Positions 1 through 7,483 of a stretch of 21,142 bases of DNA are shown here, one piece after another. This stretch comes from Candidatus Krumholzibacteriia bacterium (GTDB taxonomy: Bacteria; Krumholzibacteriota; Krumholzibacteriia; WVZY01), in contig JAZGDW010000102.1 in the NCBI GenBank assembly GCA_036478295.1, forward strand, positions 1-21,142. The letters are read 5' to 3'. Below the pieces are notes generated by a model. That model saw only the letters and a program-made list of their open reading frames with translations. It was not told the origin of the DNA and did not search any database. The translations under genes were made by a program, and so were the position numbers. Positions within the stretch are counted from its first letter, which is position 1. Each line of letters opens with the position of its first letter.

Positions 1-640
1 CTCGCGGCCGGAGACCGGCTACGGATATATCAAGGTGGGTAGCGGAATCGAGGGTACGAAGGGCGTGGAGTTCTTCGAGGCGGTTTCATTCCATGAGAAA
101 CCAACGATGGACCGCGCGCGCAAGTTCGTAGAGGAAGGGACCTACTACTGGAACAGCGGCATGTTTTTCTGGCGACCAGGCGTTATCTTGGCTGCTATCG
201 AGAAACACCTGCCGCCGCTGCACGCCGTGCTTGTGGCCCTGGAGGCGGAAGTGGGAACGGATCGGTTCGAATCGGTGTTCAAATCCATGTACCCGCAGGC
301 CCCTTCCATATCGATCGACTATGGCGTCATGGAAAAGGCGGACAACGTCGTTGTGCTCAAGAGCGACTTCTACTGGAACGATATCGGTAGCTGGGAAAGT
401 ATTCGCGAGATCTATGACGCCGATGCCGATGGAAACGTGCTGGTTGGTGATCACGTGGTTATCGATAGCGTAGGGAACACGATTTTCTCGCCCGAACGCA
501 CGGTCGGGGTGGTGGGCATGGAGGGCGTGGTGGTGGTGGACAGCGGTGACGCTATTCTAGTGTGCAAGAGAGAACGTACCCAGCAGGTTCGGGATGTCGT
601 GGCGGCACTGAAACAAAAGGACAGAGAGAAACTACTTTAA
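1..640 (+). CDS. manC: Mannose-1-phosphate guanylyltransferase, 5'-truncated by the window edge
   Basis: Frame is open from position 2 (SRPETGYGYIKVG). Motifs PETGYGYI, FHEKP, YYWNSGMF, SIDYGVMEKA and WNDIGSW, followed by a C-terminal beta-helix-like region. No cupin PMI domain before TAA at 638-640. Confidence 0.93.
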   Translation, partial: SRPETGYGYIKVGSGIEGTKGVEFFEAVSFHEKPTMDRARKFVEEGTYYWNSGMFFWRPGVILAAIEKHLPPLHAVLVALEAEVGTDRFESVFKSMYPQAPSISIDYGVMEKADNVVVLKSDFYWNDIGSWESIREIYDADADGNVLVGDHVVIDSVGNTIFSPERTVGVVGMEGVVVVDSGDAILVCKRERTQQVRDVVAALKQKDREKLL

Positions 641-658
641 GCATCGTTGGAGGATTCC

Positions 659-1867
659 ATGAAAAGCATGAGAACTGGATTGATACTGGTCGTTCTCGCC
701 GCTGCCTTTGTGTCCGGTTGCTCCTCGAAAGGCGATAAGGGGGAGAGTTCGGTCGCTGAAGCCGAGCTTGCGGGGCGGGTAGACGATTGGACGTTCAGCC
801 GCGAGGAGTTGCAGGTGGCGCTGGACGCGTTGCCGGAGGGTAAGCGCCAGGAGTACGACACTCCAGGGGGCAGGGCGGAAATGACGGATAAAGCTATTGA
901 GCTGGAGCTGTATTACCAGGAAGGGCTGAAGCTGGGGTTGGACAAGGATCAGGAGGTCCGCGAGCAGGTCGAGAATTACGAGCGGACCGTGATTATCGGC
1001 GCCTATTTCGACCGTGAAATCAAGCCCCTGGCGCTCCCCACCGAAGAAGAGCTTTACGAGTACTACGAAAGTCACCCCGAGCGTTTCACCACGCGACCCA
1101 TTCGTCGAGCGCAGCACATCTTCTCGAAGAAGCGCGAGAAGCTCGTGGACTTCAAGAAGCGTATCGCGGCGGGCGAACCCATGACGACGCTCGCGCACAA
1201 ATATTCCGAGGACGACCTTACGAGGGACTTCGGTGGGGATCTCGGTTATTTTAATCCTGGCGGATACATTCGGGGAATCGGATACTCGACCGAGATTAGC
1301 GACCTCGTGTTCTCGATGGAGAGAGGTGTGGTGAGTGAGCCGATCAAGTGGGAAAAAGGATACTCGCTTGTTCGCGTAACCGAGATTCGACCGGCGGTGC
1401 TGAAACCGTTCGAAGACGTGCGCGAGCAGATATCCGGGGATTTCTTGAAGCGCAAGATCGAGGGGACCAAGACGCTGGTATTCAAAGCGCTGCAAGAGAA
1501 ACACGACGTCACGAATTACTTTGCCGAGGAGCTCAAGCTTACACAGCGGACACCGGAGGAGCTGTGGAATCTCGCACAGACCAGCTCGGACTCGCATCAC
1601 AGACTTCGTCATTACCAAGAGATTGTTGACAAATTCCCGACGAGCCCACATGCTCCCAAGGCCATCTTCATGATCGGTTTTGTGAACGCTGAAGAGCTCA
1701 AGGACGTCGTCGACGCGGATCGGGCGTTCAACCGGGTCATCAACGAGTATCCGGACAGTGATGTGGCAAAATCAGCGAGATGGATGCTAAAGAACCTGAA
1801 CGGCCCCCTGCCGAGGTTCGAAAATCTGGATGAACTGAACGACAAGCTAAGCGACGATTCCGACTAG
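659..1867 (+). CDS. PrsA/SurA-like parvulin (PpiC-type) lipoprotein with a C-terminal TPR (BamD/CpoB-like) domain
   Basis: GGAGG at 649-653 precedes ATG 659. Lipobox FVSGC. Parvulin motifs AQHIF, LAHKYSED, GGDLGYF and VSEPIK. C-terminal repeats IVDKFPTSPHAPKAIFMIG and VINEYPDSDVAKSA. Confidence 0.85.
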   Translation: MKSMRTGLILVVLAAAFVSGCSSKGDKGESSVAEAELAGRVDDWTFSREELQVALDALPEGKRQEYDTPGGRAEMTDKAIELELYYQEGLKLGLDKDQEVREQVENYERTVIIGAYFDREIKPLALPTEEELYEYYESHPERFTTRPIRRAQHIFSKKREKLVDFKKRIAAGEPMTTLAHKYSEDDLTRDFGGDLGYFNPGGYIRGIGYSTEISDLVFSMERGVVSEPIKWEKGYSLVRVTEIRPAVLKPFEDVREQISGDFLKRKIEGTKTLVFKALQEKHDVTNYFAEELKLTQRTPEELWNLAQTSSDSHHRLRHYQEIVDKFPTSPHAPKAIFMIGFVNAEELKDVVDADRAFNRVINEYPDSDVAKSARWMLKNLNGPLPRFENLDELNDKLSDDSD

Positions 1868-1909
1868 CTTTGTGTTGCCGGCCCTTGTCGGAGCTGGGAG
1901 TAGACCACG

Positions 1910-2404
1910 TTGAAAGAAGGCGGTGAGAATTTCTTGAGGGTTGAGGTTGGCGGCCTGGTCAGGGACAACCGTGAAAACCCGATTGTGCTGCTCAAGGCGA
2001 CGGGGAACGGGGACGTACTTCCGATATGGATTGGACACGCCGAGGCACTCGCGATCGAGTTGCAATTGCAGGGTAAGAAGTTCGATCGTCCCCTCACTCA
2101 CGATCTTTTGAAAACGTCGGTCGAAAGCCTCGGCGCCACTGTTGCCAAGATCGTCGTTACGGATCTCAAAGATAATACGTTCTTTGCGAAGGTCTACCTG
2201 CAGCGAGACAATGAGGTGTTCGCGATCGACGCGCGTCCCAGCGACTCGATCGCCCTCGCCATACGCAGCGCAGCGCCGATGTACGTTTCGGAAACGGTAT
2301 TCGAAAACCACAAGCGGGCCCTGCAAGATAACCAGGAGAACAAGGAAGCCTCCGACGAAGCGCTGCGGAGGTACCTGCGGGATCTCGACCCCGGTGAATT
2401 CTAG
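1910..2404 (+). CDS. Bifunctional nuclease family protein (DUF151/BFN)
   Basis: Motifs LPIWIGHAEALAI, RPLTHDLL, TFFAKVYL and IDARPSDSIALA. TTG start with GGAG at 1897-1900; TTG 1934 is an alternative start. Confidence 0.92.
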   Translation: MKEGGENFLRVEVGGLVRDNRENPIVLLKATGNGDVLPIWIGHAEALAIELQLQGKKFDRPLTHDLLKTSVESLGATVAKIVVTDLKDNTFFAKVYLQRDNEVFAIDARPSDSIALAIRSAAPMYVSETVFENHKRALQDNQENKEASDEALRRYLRDLDPGEF

Positions 2405-2418
2405 TTTTGGGTTCTGAC

Positions 2419-4176
2419 ATGAGAAAAAGGACCGCCGCCGTCCGCACCTTGTCTGTGCTTTGCGCAGTGACTTTGGGTTTGTGGCTGTCCTTCGGCTGTG
2501 CCTCGACTGGCCGTCGCCCGTCCCCATCCTTCTCGAGCGAGCAGGGTGACAGCCTGTACGCAAAGATAACGTCTTCGTACGACGCCGGTGATTTCGAGAC
2601 CATGGACGCCGCCGTCCGTTCACTCATCCACAACATTCCTGGGTATCCACGATCGGACGAGGCGCTCCTGCTAGCGGCAAAAGCCAGTCGGGTCGCCGGT
2701 GATCCGGCCCAGGCAGCGAAGTACGCGGCGATGATCGTGGGGGACTACCCGCTCAGCCCCCGCCGCGAGGAGGCGCTCTTTCTCGTCGCCGCCGCCTACA
2801 ACGACCTCGGCAAGTATTATGAGAGCGCCGATGCGCTGTCCGCCATCCTTGCCTCGCCAATAGACGAGGACATGGAGCACCGTTCTCTTTCCGCGTTGAA
2901 CGATGTGACCCGGGAGTTGACTCTGGCCGACCTCGAACGGCTGGTAAAAGAGTATCCGGCGTCGCCGCTGGCCGGTGAGATATCACTGGGTATCGCCAAG
3001 CAGGAATTCCTGCGGGGCAACTACGGCCGGGCGTACAAACTGCTCGCCAACCTGCTGTATGAATTTCCCGAACACAAGCGGTCGCCGGAGGTGCGGCAGC
3101 TGCTGCAGCTCGCCGCCAGTCGCAGGGACGATCCGGGCCATCACACCGATTATCTCGATCCCACCAAAATAGGTCTGGTGCTACCCCATACGGGGGGGCT
3201 CGCACGCTTCGGCCGCTATTTCGAGCAAGGCGCGACGCTGGCCGTGGATGAGTACAACGCCACCAGCGGCGTCACGGTGAGTTTCGTGACAGCCGACTCC
3301 AAGGGTGACCCTGTCGATGCGGTTGGCGCCGTTCGCGAGCTGGTGGTTGGAGAGGGCGTTCTGGCGGTTCTGGGCTCGGTATTTTCGGTGCCCTCAATCG
3401 CCGCCGCCATCGAATGCAACGCCTGGAAGGTACCCATGCTGTCGCCCGTCGTTTCCGAGCGGCGCATCGACGAAGTCGGCTCCTGGGTATTTCAGACCAA
3501 AGTGTCACCGGAAATCGAAGTGTCCGCGATGGCCAAGGTAGCCCGGGAAGACCTGTTGCTGGAGCGGTTTGCGGTGCTGGCCCCGTCGTCGCCGGAAAGG
3601 CGAAAGCTGGCCGAGTTCTTCGTGCAGGAAGTCTTGAACCGGGGTGGAGAGATCGTGGCCGAACAGTATTACGAAACCGGAGCCACAGATTTCAAGGAAC
3701 AGCTGGAGGTGATCCGCGAGGCGGCGCCCGATGCACTGTTCATTCCGGGCGCGCCGGAGGAGCTGATTCTGGCGCTGCCCCAGGTAAGGTTCTACGACAT
3801 GCAGGTTCAGCTGCTCGGGTTGAGCGACTGGAACACGGACAAGCTGCTGCGACTATCCCAGCGCGAACTGGAAGGCGCATTGTTTCCACGCGAGGCCCAC
3901 TACGGTCGGGACCGGGAGTCGTACCAGAGCTTTCGTAAGCGGTACAAGAAGTCTTTCGGTGTGGAGGCCCATCCGGTGGCCGTCTCGGCCTATTTCGGAA
4001 TGCGGTTCTTGCTGCGGGCCGTGCAGGAAGGGGCGGTCGAGCGCGATCAGGTACAGGCGTTCCTCGACCGGGAACTGCACACGAGCGCCCAGCAGCGCAT
4101 GACGGCGGCCAACTCTCTTTCGATCCTCAAAGTTACCTCGGGCAAGGTCCGCGAGTTCACCGCTTTCTTGCGGTGA
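2419..4176 (+). CDS. Lipoprotein with N-terminal TPR repeats and a C-terminal type-1 periplasmic-binding fold (LpoA/LppC-like or LivJ-like)
   Basis: Signal peptide with SFGC lipobox. Four YP.S...EA-type TPR motifs. Then KIGLVLPHTG, ADSKGDP, AVLGSVFS, TDFKEQL and PDALFIPG, typical of the Peripla_BP_6 fold. ATG 2419 preferred over TTG 2407. Confidence 0.8.
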   Translation: MRKRTAAVRTLSVLCAVTLGLWLSFGCASTGRRPSPSFSSEQGDSLYAKITSSYDAGDFETMDAAVRSLIHNIPGYPRSDEALLLAAKASRVAGDPAQAAKYAAMIVGDYPLSPRREEALFLVAAAYNDLGKYYESADALSAILASPIDEDMEHRSLSALNDVTRELTLADLERLVKEYPASPLAGEISLGIAKQEFLRGNYGRAYKLLANLLYEFPEHKRSPEVRQLLQLAASRRDDPGHHTDYLDPTKIGLVLPHTGGLARFGRYFEQGATLAVDEYNATSGVTVSFVTADSKGDPVDAVGAVRELVVGEGVLAVLGSVFSVPSIAAAIECNAWKVPMLSPVVSERRIDEVGSWVFQTKVSPEIEVSAMAKVAREDLLLERFAVLAPSSPERRKLAEFFVQEVLNRGGEIVAEQYYETGATDFKEQLEVIREAAPDALFIPGAPEELILALPQVRFYDMQVQLLGLSDWNTDKLLRLSQRELEGALFPREAHYGRDRESYQSFRKRYKKSFGVEAHPVAVSAYFGMRFLLRAVQEGAVERDQVQAFLDRELHTSAQQRMTAANSLSILKVTSGKVREFTAFLR

Positions 4177-4196
4177 GGCGGCTGCGCCTTTCTCTT
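4175..4196 (+). terminator. Possible short intrinsic terminator between convergent genes
   Basis: AGGCG-GCTG-CGCCT hairpin (4176-4189) followed by TTCTCTT. The stem is short. Confidence 0.35.
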
Positions 4197-4857
4197 ATCC
4201 GTACAGCCGGAAGCGAACCTGAAACCGAATCCACATGGGCACGGGCTTGCCCTGCTGTGTCGGAGGCCGGAAGCGAAACTGCCTGACCGCAACGAGTGAC
4301 GCTTCCTCGAAACTCTTGGGTCCCAAGGAGGTAAGGATCCAGGCGTTCTCCACACGCCCGTTTTCGTTCACCAGAAGCTCCACCGTAACATCGCCCTCGA
4401 TGCCCTGTAGTAGTTCGAACGGAGGATATTCCGGTTGCACCATGTGGAGGATTACATAGTCTTCTGAATAGGAAATATCGGTGTGCGCCGGGTAATGGCG
4501 CACCTCTTCGAGATCCAGCTCGGGCCTGGGAATCGGTTCCGGCTCCTCGGGCGTGACCGGCTCGTTGGCCCCGCCCTCCGAATCTGCCCGTTCCTTCAGG
4601 ATGTCCACGTCCACCGAGGCCAGGGCCGCCAGCCGGCTGCTGCGCCGCGTGTCCTCGAAGGGGTCGTCGTCCGGCAAGATGGTAATGTTGGGGAGCAGCC
4701 GGATTTCGCCCTCCCAGCCGAAACGCTGCTCGATCTCGGAATAGGGTACGACGTCTGAAGTTACGAAGATCAGCGCCACCAGCACCGCGGCAATCGGCGT
4801 CACGACGACCAGACGCCTCCGGTGCGCGGCCTGTTTTTCAGCATAGGTATGACGCAT
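4195..4857 (-). CDS. Energy transducer TonB family protein
   Basis: Single N-terminal TM helix, acidic/Pro linker (PVTPEEPEPIPRPE), and a TonB_C domain (PEYPP...GIEGDVTVELLVNENGRV...FEEASLVAVRQFRFRP...GKPV). GGGAG SD 9 nt upstream of ATG. Confidence 0.88.
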   Translation of the reverse strand: MRHTYAEKQAAHRRRLVVVTPIAAVLVALIFVTSDVVPYSEIEQRFGWEGEIRLLPNITILPDDDPFEDTRRSSRLAALASVDVDILKERADSEGGANEPVTPEEPEPIPRPELDLEEVRHYPAHTDISYSEDYVILHMVQPEYPPFELLQGIEGDVTVELLVNENGRVENAWILTSLGPKSFEEASLVAVRQFRFRPPTQQGKPVPMWIRFQVRFRLYG

Positions 4858-4877
4858 GGCGCTACTCTCCCGGATTG

Positions 4878-4906
4878 AACGTAATCGTTTTGCCGGGAGG
4901 GGTCAA
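4878..4906 (-). promoter_or_regulatory. Putative sigma70-type internal promoter for the TonB gene
   Basis: Minus strand TTGACC (4906-4901), 17-nt spacer, TACGTT (4883-4878). Confidence 0.55.
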
Positions 4907-4924
4907 GAAAGTGGCAGGAATGGG

Positions 4925-7255
4925 CTAACGGGCCGACAGGCCCCGGATCACGTGGCGGCCGTGCTCACCCGGCCGGAGCAGCAGGCTGCCCCCGCTGATC
5001 GAAACGTCGCCGCGACGAATCCACACCCGGTATCGCCCCGGGGGCAGGAGCGGGAAAGTCGCATTGCCCTCGTGGTCGGAGAGCAGGCTCCAGGTGCGGT
5101 CGAGTGTCACCAGCCAGTTGGACCGGGGGGAATCCGCAATGGTGATGGTTGCGGAGGCATGGGGCTCCACGCCAAAGTGCTCGAGGATTCCAAGAAAGAG
5201 CCCGTACGCCTGCTTGCGCTGGTAAGCGGGCTCACCGAGGCGCAATTCTTCCGCGATGATCGCAATCGACGGCAGTTCGACCACAATGGCGGGGCACGCG
5301 GTCTGCTGCAGGGGATAGGTGACGAGCTCGGTCGGCGCGCGAGGTGGCAGTGCAAGGTAGTCCGAGAGCGCCCGGCCGATGGCTTCCGACATCGGCAGAC
5401 CCATCCGGCTGCCTGGAAAGAAATGGCTGTGGACCACCAATCCGCTGTCCGCCGGTGCGCCGCGATGCCGGATCTCAATATAGCGGTCTGCACCGAAGCG
5501 GTTCGTCATCGCGACGACGTCTCGCGGTGACAGCGTCTCTTCATTCCTGCGCGTCAGCTCGACCTCGGCACCCGCCGCTTCGAGGTACTCTTCCAGGTAT
5601 CGGGCCACTTGCAGGTTGACGTACGGGCCGGTCAGACCCAACTGCCCCGCCCCCGCCTGTCTGCCGAACCCCCCTTCGGGATCGAGCATGAAGCGCAGGG
5701 ACATGAGTCTGCCCTCATACCACGGTGTGAGCTGGAGGGTGTCGACGTCGACGGCGAGCGCCGCGGCCGGCCGCGGCCGGTATCCTGGGGCCTCCACCCA
5801 CGCGTCGGGTGCGCCGTCGCGGCCGAGCGTCGCTGCCAGCCCGACGGGAATGAAGTACATACCGTTGTTCGATCCGCCGCTCGAGAGAAGCGAGTCCCCC
5901 AGCGTCACACGAGCGTTATTGACCACGGCACCGGTGAGGCCGTCGGCAATCGTGACCTTGCGCAGTGCGGTGGTCGTGTGCCGCGCGGGCGGTACTTCCA
6001 GATCGAACGACCTGCCGTGATTGATCAGAGTCAGCCGGACGGGCTCCGCCAGCGCGCCGAGCGACAGCGGAAACTCGACGAATCCCCTCTTGACCTGGAC
6101 GGAGTCCGGTGTCTCCCCGTGGGACGTCCGCAGGTGGATCACAGAACCGTCGATGATGGCCTGCCCCCTGCGATCGAGCAGACGGGCGCGGATGCGTAGC
6201 GTACCGCCCGAAGGGGGAAACGCCGGCGGGGCATTGTCGAAGGTGGCGATCTCGGGCGGGAAGTCGATCACAAAATGAACCCGGCTGACGGAGCTCGAGT
6301 TGCCGAGCAGGTTGCGGACCTGCAGCGAGAGTTCGTAGGCTCCGTTGGGAGAGTCCCACGGTAGCCGGTAACGCGCGATCCTGCCGTCCGCACTCAGAAA
6401 CGCCTTCACCTCGTCACCATTGAGCCTGACCTCGACACTTCCCGGGTCGATCCCCAGACCGCCGACGTCCCGAATGGAGAACGAGAAAGCCGGCACGTTC
6501 GTAAACACGGAGTCGAGTGGCGCCCCTCGGACGATGCGCGGCACCCCACGGGAAAAATACTCCAGGATGCCCAGAAAATATGCCTCGGCCTCGAGCCTCT
6601 GTTTTTCTGACAGCTGCAGGCTCGCTTCGACTTGCGGATGAGTCAGGTAGCTGCCCTCTCCCAGGATCGCGGGGATGTCGATGTTTCTGAGGATGAAGTA
6701 ATTGCCCGGACGTACTTCACCCGCTTCGATGCCGAGGTTTCTCATCAGGTGGCGGTGGACAGCGAACGCGAGGTCGCGCGATGCCGGATCACCGAAGCGG
6801 TAGTAGGTTTCGATGGCGTTCTTGCCTGGATCGCGGTCGTTCTGGGCGTTGTGGTGAATGGAAACCAGGATATCCGGCTGTAGCGAGTCCACCATCGAGA
6901 CCCGCTTTCCGAGTTCGCCGGCCAGCGAAGAGTCTGCTTGGGTAAGGAAATCTCGTTCCGCCGAGCGCGTCAGGTGGACGTCCGCGCCCGCTTCCCGCAG
7001 CAGCCCCCAGAGGTAGAGCGATACACCGAGGTTGACCCTGGCTTCCTGGAGTCCCTCCCGCCCCACAGTACCCTGGAAATGGCCCCCGTGCCCGGGGTCG
7101 ATGAGGATGCGACTTCCGGCAAGGATGCTCGGGTCCAGCCGGGGCAGGTTTTCGCTCAGCCCCCGGTAGACGAGAACCTCCTTCGGCACCGGCGGGCGCC
7201 CACAGCTGGCCAGCGTGGACACGACCAGCACCGCCACAAGCAAAGGTCTTCTCAT
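4925..7255 (-). CDS. N-acetylmuramoyl-L-alanine amidase lipoprotein with two Amidase_3 domains separated by Ig-like/beta-sandwich domains
   Basis: Lipobox LASC (Cys18). Domain 1 has IDPGHGG, QEARVNL, SIHHNA and ILGEGSYL. Domain 2 has LDPEGG, YVNLQVA, VELTR and PAIVVELPS. GAGG SD upstream. Confidence 0.9.
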   Translation of the reverse strand: MRRPLLVAVLVVSTLASCGRPPVPKEVLVYRGLSENLPRLDPSILAGSRILIDPGHGGHFQGTVGREGLQEARVNLGVSLYLWGLLREAGADVHLTRSAERDFLTQADSSLAGELGKRVSMVDSLQPDILVSIHHNAQNDRDPGKNAIETYYRFGDPASRDLAFAVHRHLMRNLGIEAGEVRPGNYFILRNIDIPAILGEGSYLTHPQVEASLQLSEKQRLEAEAYFLGILEYFSRGVPRIVRGAPLDSVFTNVPAFSFSIRDVGGLGIDPGSVEVRLNGDEVKAFLSADGRIARYRLPWDSPNGAYELSLQVRNLLGNSSSVSRVHFVIDFPPEIATFDNAPPAFPPSGGTLRIRARLLDRRGQAIIDGSVIHLRTSHGETPDSVQVKRGFVEFPLSLGALAEPVRLTLINHGRSFDLEVPPARHTTTALRKVTIADGLTGAVVNNARVTLGDSLLSSGGSNNGMYFIPVGLAATLGRDGAPDAWVEAPGYRPRPAAALAVDVDTLQLTPWYEGRLMSLRFMLDPEGGFGRQAGAGQLGLTGPYVNLQVARYLEEYLEAAGAEVELTRRNEETLSPRDVVAMTNRFGADRYIEIRHRGAPADSGLVVHSHFFPGSRMGLPMSEAIGRALSDYLALPPRAPTELVTYPLQQTACPAIVVELPSIAIIAEELRLGEPAYQRKQAYGLFLGILEHFGVEPHASATITIADSPRSNWLVTLDRTWSLLSDHEGNATFPLLPPGRYRVWIRRGDVSISGGSLLLRPGEHGRHVIRGLSAR

Positions 7256-7433
7256 GTTGCCTCTGCGATATCAGAAAAGGGGTGCGAATTCAACCAAATG
7301 TTGACGCTATGCGACATCTCTTGAATTTGTAAAGATTTATTGCAATTATATAAAGGTATTTCCGTGTACCGGATCCCGAGTTTTGTAGCAATTGACCCTT
7401 CCCTTCTCATGTGTTAGAAAAATGAGGAGGAGG
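7256..7433. promoter_or_regulatory. AT-rich divergent promoter region between the amidase gene and selA
   Basis: Clear drop in GC content. Plus strand: TTGACC (7392-7397), 17 nt, TAGAAA (7415-7420) with TG at 7412-7413; also TTGTAA (7327-7332), 16 nt, TATAAA (7349-7354). Minus strand: TATAAT at 7350-7345. Palindrome ATTGCAAT at 7339-7346. Confidence 0.6.
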
Positions 7434-7483
7434 ATGTTCGCGTACGGATGGGACGAACCTGGACCTCGAAACAGAGATCGCAC

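Noticed and set aside
1910..2404. DUF151 nuclease together with SMC as a Wadjet-like or other defence system
   Set aside because: The SMC is the housekeeping type beside ftsY, no jetABD-like genes are present, and DUF151 lies 8 kb away in another operon.
7256..7483. tRNA-Sec (selC) or a horizontally acquired fragment in the AT-rich gap
   Set aside because: No cloverleaf or T-loop motif is visible. The AT richness is explained by divergent promoters.
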